This document shows positions 15,096 to 28,194 of a stretch of DNA of 64,000 bases, in pieces. The stretch is taken from contig NC_042997.1 in the NCBI RefSeq assembly GCF_006345805.1, forward strand, positions 70,742,001-70,806,000. Reading direction: 5' to 3'. Origin of the DNA: Octopus sinensis. Lineage: Eukaryota. A program made the translations under genes and the position numbers. The stretch's first letter is position 1; the number at the start of each line of letters is the position of its first letter. Below the pieces are notes generated by a model. The model saw only the letters and a list, made by a program, of their open reading frames with translations, was not told the DNA's origin and did not search any database.

Positions 15096-15775
15096 TATTC
15101 ATCGTCGTCATCATCATCATCATCTTCGCCGTCATCATCGTTATTTTAGAATATGTTCTCTCAGATTATTCAGAGATTTGCCCTTCTCTTACTTCCTCTT
15201 CTTTTCCTTCTTGTTCTTGTTCTTGTTCTCCTTCTCCTCCTCTTCTCCCTCTTCTTCTGTTTCTTCTTCTTCTTCTTCTCTTCTTCTTCTTCTTCTCTTC
15301 TTCTTCTTCTTCTTTCTTCTTCTTCTTCTCTTCTTCTTCTTCTCTTCTTCTTCTTCTTCTTCTTTCTTCTTCTTCTTCTTCTTCTTCTTCTTCTTCTTCT
15401 CTTCTTCTTCTTCTCTTCTTCTTCTTCTTCTTCTTCTTCTTCTTCTTCTTCTTCTTCTTCTTTCTTCTTCTTCTTCTTCTTCTTCTTCTTAGTATTATTA
15501 TTATTATTATTATTATATTATTATTAGTATTATTATTATTATCATCATCATCATCATCATTATATTATTATTATTATTTTATTATTATTATTATATTATC
15601 ATTATTATTATTTTATTATCATCATCATCATATCATCATCATCATTATTATTATTATTATATTATTATCATCATCATCATCTCATCATCATCATCATCTC
15701 ATCATCATCATCATATTATTATTATTTTTATTATTATTAGTATTATTATTATTATCATCATCATCATCATCATTA

Positions 15776-15820
<45 letters not shown>

Positions 15821-16035
15821 CATTATTATTATATCATCATCATCATCATCATTATTATTATTATTATTATTATTATCATCATCATCATCATTATCATCAT
15901 CATCATCATCATCATATCATCATCATCATCATCATCATTATCATTATTATTATCATTATTATATTATTATATTATTATTATTATCATTATTATTATCATT
16001 ATTATTATTATTATTATATTATTATTATTATTATT
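15096..16035. repeat. ~0.9-kb compound triplet microsatellite (ATC)/(CTT)/(ATT)
   Basis: Directly visible. It explains the spurious 336-aa ORF. Confidence 0.95.
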
Positions 16036-16303
16036 TTCAAGCCTGATAACGTAGTCGCAATTTGTTTGCGAATCTCTTTTTAAAGAGCGTACAGTTGATA
16101 CATACAATAGAGTTCATATTAATAATAAATGCATATAAATAACTTCTGAAATCTCGGTGTTTACCCATACAGATTTTATAGAATAAATAATATTCAGTTT
16201 ATAGACAATTTTTTTACGCTATCTACATACAGAAATTACGAACCACGCCCATCGAAAGAAAACATGCAGGACCAAGACTTCTAAATACACACAGCATACT
16301 TAA

Positions 16304-16891
16304 GAATTAATACGGAAAAAAACACCGCCATCAAGAGCAACCGCGTCACTGACATCGAAAGCAACTGAAAATCCACAAACAGCTACCAACACACACAAGT
16401 TACATAAGAAGAAACAATATCTAGGACATTTCCATTGAAAGCACCATTGCTTTAAACAATATTTTCGTCTCTGTTACATACAGCAATATTCGCACGTACA
16501 CATGTACAGAATCAAGTAAAGACATCACGAATATAACTGATGGAGTCGTTTCTGATCGCAGGAAGAAAAAAAGAAACTAGGTGAGGGCTCAGATACGAGA
16601 GATTACTTCTCAAGGTGACAAACGACACGGTAGTCGGTGGCTGCGTTTGTTGATGGGTTTAAGTTTTACTGACCTTGAAAACTCCAAGTCTATTCTCAAC
16701 CTTGGCTATGTGAAGCTACAACAGAACCACGACAACCGCATGAAACCGTAGCAAAAATGATAACAGCGGAAAGCAACAACTACAGCAACTACAACGCTAT
16801 AAAGTCGAATTAATACGGAAAAAAACACCGCCATCAAGAGCAACCACGTCACTAACATCGAAAGCAACTGAAAATCTACAAACAGCTACCA
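16304..16891 (+). repeat. 85-bp direct repeat pair (16304-16388 and 16807-16891)
   Basis: GAATTAATACGGAAAAAAACACCGCCATCAAGAGC...AGCTACCA, with 3 mismatches between the copies. Confidence 0.9.
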
Positions 16892-17464
16892 CAGAACAAA
16901 AACACGATGCCCCACACAGCAAATATGCCCCTTCGTGTGTGGAACCACACACATATAGCGTGGCAACGATAAGTAGCCTAACTGGCAAAAAGTTGAAAAT
17001 GCAAAGGAAAGAAAAGTGACAAAGGCACACCAACTAAAAAACAAAAACACTGGCAAAAGAAAAACGGGAGATTCACCAACAACACTCCAACATCACTCAA
17101 CAATAGCTACACTATTATTATCAATTCCATCATCCCCATCACCAACACCACCACTATTACAGATGCTAAAATTACAAGGACAACCTAATTAACACACAAA
17201 TAACGACAGTAACATTCCAAAACGAAAGAAGAACGATTACCTTTATTACACGGCCATAAACCCCAGTAGTAAGGAACTAAAAGAGCACACACATCAACAT
17301 ACAAGCACCTATTTCTGGTGCAGGAACAGAAAATAACGTACCCTATAGAGGAGGCAGCACGTGGCACAGGTGGGCGAATAAGTGAACTCTGGCAGGAGCT
17401 CAAAGAGGAGAGGCTCGTCGGTGCTGTACCAACAAGCACAATTAGGACATGGGGGCCTAATATA

Positions 17465-18690
17465 TTGGGTTCGCATATAAGTTCCCGTGATTTCTTAGAA
17501 TTAATTAAAAAAAAAAGGTTTAATAAAAAATAACAACTAATTAATCAATAATGTATTCAGTCTTGTTGTTTACCACTTCTTCCCAACGTTCAACAAGATT
17601 TTCAATACCTCGTTGGTAGAAATCACCAGTTTTTTACTGGAAAAATTGATCCATCCAAGCTCTCAATTCTGCATCAGTTTTGAACGAAGCTCCGCGCATA
17701 GCATTCGAAAGAGGGGAAGATCAGTTGGTGTGGCAGCACTTCCGAGCCATGCGTTTGCAAGGCTTCCTTGGTTATATTGGCGATATGAGGGCGAGCGTTG
17801 TCGTGCAGCAGAACTCCATGCTGCTGATTAGGTATTTTCTCTTGAATAGCCGTATTGAGTCGTTCCATCTGTTGAACACAGAGTTCCGCGTTGAGCGTTT
17901 GGTTCTGTTCAAGCAATTCGTAATGCATGATCCCTTCCCAGTACCAGCATACGCACAACATCGTTTTACGCGGATGAAGATCTTGTCCCACACGCAGTGT
18001 CACTTGATTTCCGGGCCTAAGCCATTCCTTACGATGCTTTATATGGATGTATAGGCACCATTTTTACTTGTCAGTAACGATTCGGTAAAGAAATCGTTGC
18101 TTGTATCCATGAGTTGTGCGGTGACGAGCAAGCAAACCAGCAGAGATTGTGGCTCGTTGATTTTTGTTGTTGTCACTTAAAGCATGCGGAACCCATGCTC
18201 CATACTTTGAACCTTTCCCATCGAGTGAAGATGCTTCTGTATAGCAGTGTGGGGGCATTCCATTTTCTCTGCCAGTTCCCTTGTCGTTTGACGAGATTTT
18301 CATGCAAAAGTTGGTTTAATCGCTCTACATCGAACTCAACTGGACGGCCAGAACGAAGTGCGTCTTCTGAGGTTGAAATTAGCATTTTTGTACTTGGCAT
18401 ACCTATCACGAGCAGTTCTTTCAGTTATGCACCCTCTCCATACATAGCACAAATGTCGCGAGCAGCTTTTGCGGCCTTAGAACCTTGATTAAAAGCAAAA
18501 AGAAGGAGGTGTCACAATGCTCGTTTTCCTTAGCTTGACATTTCATTTTAATGATCTGAAACTAAACAAAATTTAACTAAAATATAACTAGAAAAAAATA
18601 GATTCCAAAATTATTCAAAAATAGAATTCTTTAAAAAAAAAAAGATTCCAAAATTTAAAAAAAACGGCGGTAACTTAGTTGCCAACCCAA
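17465..18690 (-). mobile_element. Near full-length inactive mariner (DD34D), 1226 bp, TA TSD
   Basis: Imperfect TIRs TTGGGTT(G/C)GCA..TAAGTT, with TA at 17463-64 and 18691-92. Motifs RSGRP, WVPHAL, RIVT and HDNARPH are present. The YSPDLAP region is deleted. Frameshifts. Confidence 0.92.
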
Positions 18691-19925
18691 TAGATATTAG
18701 ATCTTATCGATACAAAGAACAGACACGACACCCAGACATATTACGGACGCCACACACAGACACACTAGCAGATGGATCGAGCCGTAAGAAAACAAGACTG
18801 GAGTAATAACCCTCAGTCCTCTACACCACAAGACTTGACGACTAAAGAACGAAGAAAATATAAATAAATAATGGACACTGGTACAAACACTGTAATAAGA
18901 CACACATGCACATACTAAAATGAGAACAAATACATAAATAAATAGGAGGCAAGAGTACAAACAGTGTAATATACAAACCCATATACACACACACGGGACA
19001 CATACTAAACACATGGACACACAATCTCACACAAACTCAAGCATAGACGAAAATGCATGCACAGATAGAGATACATATTACAGAAGGACAAAATGGAATG
19101 AGCAAAGCAAGAGGAGACATAACAAAAAGTCGTTGAAGAGCTCACAAAATGTGTGACGAAAGAACTTCGACAGATGTATTAACTAAAAATAATACGAATT
19201 AAAACTAAAATGAGGATCAAATAAATAGTACGTGCATTTAATTGGCAAAAAATGACCATCGCCAGGTATAACAGATTATTATTTAGTTACGTGTTTTTTA
19301 TATTCTAAGTTCAAACATGGTAGTGGTTCACTTTAAAGTTCATACTTCCGATCATGGTAAACTTTGCCAGTCAAGTATGAATTTCATTTAAAACCAGTTT
19401 TACTTTATTATTAATTACATGTGTTGTCTTTAACTTTTTAGGAATCATTGTATAAGCCCGACAGATTATTTCTGACATGTTTTGTTTACAATTTGGTTAT
19501 TACTGGGTTTTTTTTTTCATTTTGCTTTTGCTTTTGGTGTTTCACTTCACATTAAAGTACACCCAACTTGAAATCTTCCGCTCAAACATCAACTGTGAAC
19601 CTTGAGATAATTTGATGCAAATTTGCCTGGAAGAGTTTAGGAGGCCAGCTTCCGGATCAAGTGAAATATTTACGTCACGCTGCGTACCTTTCGGCAAGTT
19701 TTTAATATGACTTAATGATAATGAAATAGAGAACGTGTGTACATGTCTGTCGGCATGTAGATGCATGTATGTTTATAGGTGTCGACAGATGTATATGTGT
19801 GTGGATCTGTTTGTCTTTGTACATACGTATGCATGTATATGTCCATGTTAGCATACTCGAACTAGTTTATGTAAATGCATATAATTGTAGAGAAACACAA
19901 TTCACAAATATAATTATATATATAA

Positions 19926-19983
<58 letters not shown>

Positions 19984-20040
19984 TTGTGTGTGTTTATGTA
20001 TATATATATAGAAACATATATATACGTATATATACATATG

Positions 20041-20094
<54 letters not shown>

Positions 20095-20124
20095 ATATGC
20101 AAGAACATATATGCATGTATGTAT

Positions 20125-22142
20125 GGAAGTGAGATTATTAATGATCTTTCTGGAGTAATGAATATATGGAGAGAACACTTTGCAGATCTTTTCCACAACC
20201 CATCAGTAATGTACATGGATATCATAAGCAGCATTCCGCAAAGAGAGATAGTGCAACACATGAACGTTATACCTTCCATTGAAGAAGTAAATCTAGCCTT
20301 ATGCAGACTGAGTTGAGGTAAAGCTCCTGGACGGGATGGTATTCTAGTTGAAATTTTGATAGCAAGTAGGGATCAATATTTCATCTGAAATTCATAGCCT
20401 GATAACTCGACTTTGGAATGAATCTTTTCTGTGCCACAAGAATGGATAAAAGGCATTCTAATCTCTGTATAGAAGGGAAAGGACCCAAAAGCAGTGTGTA
20501 GTAATTCTAGAGGGATAACTCTCCTGACACATACCGGGAAAGTACTTTCAATGATCATGTTATATTGTCTTGTTGAGAATGTGTTCACATGTGATCCTGA
20601 AGAACAGTGTGGTTTCAGACCTGAGCGAGGAACAATGGACATAATTTTTTACTGTGGGAGGAATTCTTAGAGGAACAAATACCATTATACCAAGCATCTT
20701 TAAGGAACTACATAGAACTATGTAAGTTCAGGTAGTTTTTAATGGTGAGCTTTCTCGTGAATTTTCGGTGGACAACGGTGTCAAACAGGGAGATATTTCC
20801 GCCCCTACACTTTTCTCTATTTATTTTGCTGCATTGCTTTGGTATGCTTTCAAGGATTGCAGAAGGGGAATCGTAATCAGATTTCGGACACCTGGTCGCA
20901 TTTTTAATTTGACCTGGCTTAATTGCAAAGCAAAATTTTTCAAAACACTTGTTAGAGAATTACTTTACGCTGATGATACTGATTTGTTGGCTCACTCAGA
21001 GGGGTTATGCAACATATAAAGGATAGATTTTCCACTGCATGTGTACATTTCGGACTCACAATTAGTCTGGGTAAAACCGAAGCAGTGTGTACTACCGTGC
21101 CAGGACAAATATATTCTGAAGCAAACATTTTTGTGAATGGAACAAGGTTAGAAGTCGTTGATACCTTTGTTTACCTTGGAAGCACAATATCAAGAGATGG
21201 TGGTCTTGATGCAGAGATATACTATCGAATAGGGAAATGTTGCATTTTGAAAGCTCGAAAAGTGAGTATGAGGTGGATAGAGGTATTTCCCCGCAGACAA
21301 AATCAGTGTTTATAAAACGTGAATTGACGGCACTTCTTTATTCGAGTGAGACGCGGACCACTTATAGGCGTCATATGAAAATGCTGGAGAGATTTCATCA
21401 AAAGTGCCTCAGACATAGCTTAGGAAATTTTCATACTAGATACAGAAGTTCTGCGCATGGCATGTTGTAGTTCAATTGAACAGCATATTATCTTGGCTCA
21501 AATGAGATGGGCTGGATATGTTATTAGAATGAAAGACGAAGTGTCTTTTTTATGGGGAGCTCAACTCTGGTAAGCGACCACAATTTAAGCAGAGGAAAAG
21601 TTATAAAGACTGTGTGAGGGAAACCTGAAGAAACAATATATGAACAAAAGTGATTGGGAAAAGGATGCTCTAGATCGGAACAAGTGGAGAGGTGCTGTTA
21701 GGTCTAGTTGCAATGCCTAGGAGGCAAAGATGATTCAGCACTCTGAGCTTAAATGTTGCAAAGGAACAATTGGAACTGTAATCAAAAGTGAACATTGGAT
21801 ATGTATTATATGTGATCTTGTTCCGTTGTCAAAAGCAGGATATGTGAATCATATTAAATCACATGAAACTCGAAATGCCCAGGTAGGTATTAATTTTGAA
21901 CCCCAACCATCACTTACAACTTGTGTTATATGTCACACAACTTGAAAGGCAATATCTAGACTTAAAAGGCATATGCTAGTTCACAAAAACATTCCTTCGA
22001 AATCAGATTCCAAAGGGCAAATATATAGAAGAAATTTAAATAATATCTGTCACTTGTATTTTAAAACCTATCAATCAGCAGCTGGTCTTAAATGTCATCT
22101 GAGGTTTCATCAATGGAATGATTGTGCTGTGTGGTGGGGTAT

Positions 22143-22178
<36 letters not shown>

Positions 22179-22225
22179 GATGGGAGGGCTATCTGCCGTC
22201 AAGATGAAGCAATCAAGAAGAATAC
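20125..22225 (+). mobile_element. RTE-BovB-like LINE, 5'-truncated and decayed, with C-terminal C2H2 fingers
   Basis: [50 protein letters not shown]2H2 motifs at 21802-22110. Confidence 0.9.
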
Positions 22226-22619
22226 AAAGAAAGTAGCCTGATACTATGTAAGCAAACGTTTAAGTTAATAATTCGGGATATGACAAATCATAGGAACTTT
22301 ATTGTCATTGTTACAGAAAGGTGGAAAAAAGCCTCATACATTTATCAATACAATTGCAACAGCAAAAGTAATGTATTCTTTCACTAATATGCAAAATCAT
22401 ATATATAATTTTCAGCAATGTGAACGCAAATCTCAAAAAGGAAGCAACGTCTATTTTGTTAATGCAGTTTTAGTTTTGATGAATATTTGAAGAAGTTTTA
22501 TCTATATACATTTCACAATATTGTCATCTCCAGGGTAAAATTAACCCCGAAATAATTCCACATATAAATAAAGTAAATTATTCAACTACTTTAAAACTTC
22601 ATTAACAATAGACCCCCAT

Positions 22620-23015
22620 CCTTTGGTGCTTTCGAGTAATTTTACATGCGATATACATGAAACTTACACCCGAATGTTAAAAGCAGTCTATAACATATCT
22701 TGGAGAACTTACCCTACCGAGAAACAACTGTATAGAGGTCTCCAGAGTGTTTCCACAATCTTAAAGGAAAGGCACTTGCGCTCGCAAGACGTTGCTTGTG
22801 AGCGATCTGAACGAGAGTATACAAGAAGTTGACTTACTACTATGGGTGCCAAAGCATGGGTGTATTAGTGCAGGTCATCCGAATACAATGTATGTTGGTC
22901 AACTCGCCAGATACTCTGGATGCCTCCCCGAAGACCACAACAACTGACGCAGAACCGAGATGGAGAGCGTGCGCGGCTTTGAAATGTCCGAGCAAGGTCG
23001 ACCAGATGACAATAA
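22620..23015 (+). mobile_element. RTE-X-like LINE 3' fragment
   Basis: TYTRMLKAVYNISWRTYPTEKQLY..TILKERHLR and LLLWVPKHG. Ends GTCGACCAGATGAC. Confidence 0.7.
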
Positions 23016-23532
23016 TTGGAGACACAGAGCGTCACGTTTTACATATGTATATATAATTTTAACACAAATACTACTACACAAAACATTTATATAGATAAAT
23101 GTTTGAAACATTATCTTTCATTTTTTACTTATTTCATTCGTTGGGCTATTGGAATGGTGGCGCACCGTTTTCAATGCTAGTCCACCGTGTAAATGTAAAA
23201 GGTTATACAATGTGTATAGAAAGAGATGTCTTTTGCAACTACTTGCCCCTAAAATCCACAAGAACGCACTGTTTATAAATTCACTAATATTAAGCATTAA
23301 AGTAATCTAGTTAAACTAATTTGTATATTTAAAATTAAATTACCGATGTATTAACGGTGTCTCGTTTCATTGTAGTGTATATTTATAAACCAGCGTTGCG
23401 TGCTGTGAAGATTCCAAACAATAAACCTGTACAATATGTTCGTAGACAGAAAACATACGCTTCCAATTCTGCTGGGTTTGTCGTCAGCAAACGCACTGCT
23501 TATAAATGCACTAATATTCTTTTCTACTCAAA

Positions 23533-24449
23533 GCAAAAGGTCAGGCTTGTGTAGGATGACGGATTGCAAAAAAAATGCACTGTACAAGAAATTGAAAACG
23601 GATGAAACTGATAATAGGTGGGTAAAGAAAAGAATGCATGGTCAATTTCATAGGGATGTTGAAGACAGAGGAAAATGACGGCTGTGGATGACTAAAAGTG
23701 ATTTAAGACCGGAAACGGAGGTTCTAATCTGTGCTGCCCAAGAGCAAGCACTAAGAACAAACTACCTAAAATACAGAATAGAAAACACATCAGAAAGTGA
23801 TAAGTGCAGAATCTGTGGACAAAACAGTGATACCGTATGGTATATTATCAACCAATGCACGCCACTAGCCCAGAAGGAATATAAGAGACGCCACGAAAAT
23901 ATAGCCAGGCTTGTCCGTTGGGCATTTTGCAATAAGTAAGGATTTGACAGAGCACACAATTGGTACGACCACAAACCTGAAGGCGTCGTCGAAAATAGAA
24001 ATGCAAAGATCTTATCGTATTTTATGATTCGGTGTGGCTATGAGATTGAGAATAGGAAACCGGACATACACTTAATTGAGAAAGAAAACAAGCTATGTTG
24101 GATCATAGACATAGCATGCCCAGCTGACAACAAGGTATGTAATAAGGAAGAAAAGTCGAGAGATATGACAGGTTAGATTGGGGAGTTAAGCAGTTGTGGC
24201 CGATGAAAAAGGTAGCTGTAGTACCAATAATTGCCGGAGCCCTGAGAACAGGGAGCAAAATCTCGAGAAGTACGTGGAACAAATAGGGGCTGCAATAAGG
24301 GTGGAACACTTGCAGAAAACAGCACTGCTTGGAACCGCTCGAATACTCCGGAAGGTTCTCGACAAATAGTGGGTGTTACCTTAGTTCACTGGTAGTGAAA
24401 AGATGGCACTGTAGTACATCTTCAACGTTATAAGCTGCGCAAAGTCAAC
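23533..24449 (+). mobile_element. R4/Dong-type RLE LINE, family B, 5'-truncated
   Basis: RMHGQFHRD, LRPETEVLICAAQEQALRTNY, CRICG and KPDIHLIEKENKLCWIIDIACP. The 3' UTR ends AAAGTCAAC followed by (AAT)n. Confidence 0.88.
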
Positions 24450-24466
24450 AATAATAATAATAATAA

Positions 24467-25103
24467 ATACCCTGATGCTGTACCAGGCAGTGGCTCTCGT
24501 GTCTTCTGATCTTAACTGATTGGAAGAGTTATTATGTACATTGTTTTCTCTTGGTATAAAAGAAGGGCTGCAGCAAATATTCTGCTCAATACCAAAGATT
24601 TGTTTGTCGGTTGCTTGACCTTAACCAGTTGAACATGTCCCTTAATGGCTGATGAGAGGTGCATGTGTAATCATGAGCAGAAGTAGTGTGAGAGCATCGT
24701 AGCCATGTGTTGAGGGTTATTCTTTGTAGTTTGGATAATTCAGCTCTAGAAACATGGGTGTTTCGGTCAACATCCTTAAACAAACCTTATTCGGCGATCT
24801 TTTGAGCGAGATGGACTACTCGACCTGAAGAAAATTCTAACTGGGGTCCACCTGTAAGGTCATGCGGTGTTGATCTGGATATGGTCACCATGTTGCGCGC
24901 ATATGGCTGTGATGCATGTGTCTAGGCTCCACTTGCAAGTTCATGCACTGTTTATCTTGATATGAGATCACCATATTCCACATATATGGTTCTGATGCAT
25001 TTCGCTGTTGTACCCTTATCAAACAGGTAGACATGATGGATATATTGGGGTTCGTGTATGTGCACCCCAGTGTCATTTGAGGGTATGCATTCCTCTCTCA
25101 CTC
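24467..25103 (+). mobile_element. ORF-less (TAA)n-flanked non-autonomous element, with an internal ~85-bp duplication
   Basis: Starts ATACCCTGATGCTGTACCAGGCAGTGGC and ends CTCTCTCACTC(AAT)n. Same family as 38657-42117. Confidence 0.85.
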
Positions 25104-25114
25104 AATAATAATAA

Positions 25115-25512
25115 TCCTTTCTAATATAGGCACAAGACCTGAAATTCGAGGGGTATGGACCAGTTGTTTTCATCGACCCCTGTATTCAATTGGTACTTAA
25201 TTGATCAACCCCGAAGATATGAAAGGCAAAGTCGACCTCGGCGGAAGTTGAATGCAAAACTTAACCGCAGACGAAATACCTATTTCTTTACTACCCACAA
25301 GGGGCTAAACACAGAGAGGACAAACAAGGACAGACAAACGGATTAAGTCGATTATATCGACCCCATAGCGTAACTGGTACTTATTTAATCGAACCCCAAA
25401 GGAAGAAAGGCAAAGTCGACCTCGGCGGAATTTGAACTCAGAACGTAGCGGCAGACGAAATACCGCTAAGGATTTCGCCCGGCGTGCTAACGTTTCTGCC
25501 TGTTCGCCGCCT
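25115..25512 (-). mobile_element. Dimeric tRNA-derived SINE
   Basis: Head GGCGGCGAACAGGCAGAAACGTTAGC..GAGTTCAAATTCC. Central GCCGAGGTCGACTTTGCCTTTC occurs twice. Tail AGAAAGG(ATT)n. Confidence 0.85.
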
Positions 25513-25631
25513 TTAAATGCACTAATATTAGGGGTTAAAGTAAACTGGTTAAACCGAAAACATCGTCTATGATTTAACGCACACGTCTGGTCATAGTCTT
25601 TATCAATTTCAGCATTAACATAGTGAATCTT

Positions 25632-26003
25632 TTACCCTTTATCTCTTAATTGTTTCAGTCCTCAGAGCGCGATCATGCTGGGGCACGGGCTCAAAGAATT
25701 TTAGTCAAACTTATCGACTCCAGTAATTATCTCTTTTTGCCGAATCACTATGTTACGGCGACGTAAACACACCAACACCGGTTGTCAAGCGATGGTGGGA
25801 GACAAACACACGTACACACGGGCACACACACACACACATATGTAAATGTATACGTCGGGCTTCTTTCAGTTTCCGTCAGCAAATCCACTCACAAGGTTTT
25901 GGTTAGCACGAGGCTATAGTAGAAGACATTTGCCCAACGTATCATGTAGTTGGACAAAACCCCGAACCATGTTGGGAAGCAATTTTTTACCACACAGCCA
26001 CGC
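25632..26003 (-). mobile_element. tRNA/CORE-like SINE with internal dinucleotide microsatellite
   Basis: Head GGCGTGGCTGTGTGGTAA, CORE-like TTGGGCAAATGTCTTCTACTATAGCC, then (GT/TA)n, then ATCGCTTGACAACCG tail. Halves recur at 29105-29395, 48215-48590, 49190-49450 and 51165-51330. Confidence 0.75.
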
Positions 26004-26603
26004 CTTAAACTTTGTGACAGACTTCGTAAATTTATTATTATTGGAGGTTTAATGTTTGTCCCTGTAGTGTTGAAGTGATAACACTAGTACATAGTGATGG
26101 TGGCAGCTGGTTCTTTCTTGTTGGTAGTTATGGTAGTGATGGCAATGGTGTAACATTTTCTTCCCGCCGAGAATACCTTTTAAACTTTTTATTTATATGT
26201 TATAGTGAGGAGGAATATGCCATACCTCCGTGGAAAGTACGCAGGTCCGATTAGAAATTATTTATACGGGGAAACTTGAAGTGGGAAAACATCTTGGACT
26301 GACCTGAAAATAAATTGAGAAATTAAAATATTTTTTTATTTTGAAATATAATATTTAAAAAGGTAGTAAAATGAGAAGGATAAGTGAAGTGAATTAGCAG
26401 AGTGGTAGAAAGAAAAGGTAAAAAGTATGGTAGTCTTCAGTTAGTATTTAAGAGAAAATCCGCTGAGGTGGGTGAAACATATACCGGTCATGTATTATAC
26501 TCTTACCGCATAAAGCGATTTCTCTTATACCAATGGTAGAAAATAATATTTACATTTGATACAGAATGTTTACTAATTTTGTATTGATGGTGATGGTAGT
26601 GCA

Positions 26604-26780
26604 TTCTTCTTCTTCTTCTTCTTCTTCTTCTTCTTCTTCTTCTTCTTCTTCTTCTTCTTCTTCTTCTTCTTCTTCTTCTTCTTCTTCTTCTTCTTCTTCT
26701 TCTTCTTCTTCTTCTTCTTCTTCTTCTTCTTCTTCTTCTTCTTCTTCTTCGTCGTCGTCGTCGTCGTCGTCGTCTTCTTG
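26604..26780. repeat. (TTC)n(GTC)n microsatellite
   Basis: Directly visible. Confidence 0.95.
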
Positions 26781-27071
26781 CTCATCATCCTCCTCCACCC
26801 TCTCTCATTGCATTTTGTTGAAAGTGTATTTCTTATTCTTTCGAGGAACTGAAATATTTCAGGTTTAAATGTACAACTGTATAACATTTCTAAATGTTAC
26901 TGCTAAATATCAAGATATCGTATACCAAAGAAAAATATCTGCAAACCACAATTATAAATAGAAAATAAATGTTATTTTCAAAATATGTTCCATCATTTCC
27001 CGATTATTTTCAATATGTTGTTAATACGAACAAGTAATTACTCGAACAAAGGGACGCAAACATACACACTG

Positions 27072-27116
<45 letters not shown>

Positions 27117-27184
27117 ACACACACACACACACACAACACTCATGCATGTATACACACGTATATGTCTATTTACATTAGTTTTGA

Positions 27185-27955
27185 TTAATGAGAAAGGACT
27201 GCGCCCGTGACATTTGCAGGTTTTATTTGACGATTATGATGTTCATACAATTTATGCTTTTCTTGAAAATCCGTAGGGCAACACACAGGAAAAATATGGG
27301 TAGATATATTATACCAGGGTATTGACGTTACTGGCGTCACATGGAGTGACGATTGAGCAAAGAGCTTTGATAGGTGATCCACAGCAGAAAGATGAGAGTT
27401 AGTGACAGACTTATAGGGTGTGCTGCGTAATAGCAGAACTCTGTTTCCGAATACAGAAGTACATTATCCGTTTGAATACAGAATAGAAACAGTATCTCTG
27501 TAGTGATTGTAGTCTTTTGAAAGGTGCAGTTTTATCAATGAGCGAGATTATCTTCTTTGCTCTAAGTTATTTTGTGCAATATGAACGTCTTATACTTGAG
27601 GCGAGACTTTGTCTTTTTTCCTACTATTAATGAATGTACTCAGCTTTTACTACTTTTTATGTTTAGATTGGAAAAATAACGTCCCTGTGTTCATTACTTC
27701 TCTAGATCTTCCCAGTTTTATTTTCTGAGTTGTGGAAGTCGATGCTTTTATTGCCGCATTTTGTAGTAACCAGAAAGAGATAATAGGAATGATGTTGTAA
27801 CTGAGAAAAACCACCATGATAGAATTGGCATTTATTTTTGTGTTCCATTATTCCAGTCTATTGTTTGAGTGCATTGTATTTACGTCGCATATCAGTAGAA
27901 TGTGTATTATATTGGGTAACATCTTTACTGCTGAATTTGCTTTAGCATTGGTCTA
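27185..27955 (-). mobile_element. Ancient RTE-X-like LINE remnant (APE endonuclease end plus linker)
   Basis: HILLICDVN..NANSIMVVFLSYNIIPI resembles GDFN..NRNG..LIP. DHLSKLFAQ..TDFQ..RQIKPANVTG resembles the HF..LL..DFT..IKxxKAAG segment upstream of RT. Confidence 0.45.
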
Positions 27956-27958
27956 CAG

Positions 27959-28194
27959 CAGTGGTTCTTAACCATTTTTTTTTACCTATGGACCCCCTTT
28001 GATTCACATTTTACTTAGCTGGACCTTCATAGACATTTGATATTTAATTAAATATCATAATAAATTGTATTAAAAAAATAGAAAAATATTTAGTATATTG
28101 TAGAAATATGACCAGTTTATTGCACATAACTTTTAGTAACAAAAATCTAATGTGTACCACCAAGGGTCATATGGACCCTGGTTAAGAACCACCG
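27959..28194. mobile_element. hAT-type MITE
   Basis: 15-bp TIR CAGTGGTTCTTAACC / GGTTAAGAACCACCG with 1 mismatch. The 8-bp flanks GTCTACAG and GTCAATAA match at 5 of 8 positions (decayed TSD). Confidence 0.7.

Noticed and set aside
24645-24700. CTGATGAG in the passenger element as a hammerhead core
   Set aside because: There is no downstream GAAA or stem II, and other copies read CTGCCGA or GTGACGA here.
26226-26303. 78-nt minus segment with good acceptor and donor
   Set aside because: Stop codons in all three frames. It could only be a UTR exon, and there is no support for that.
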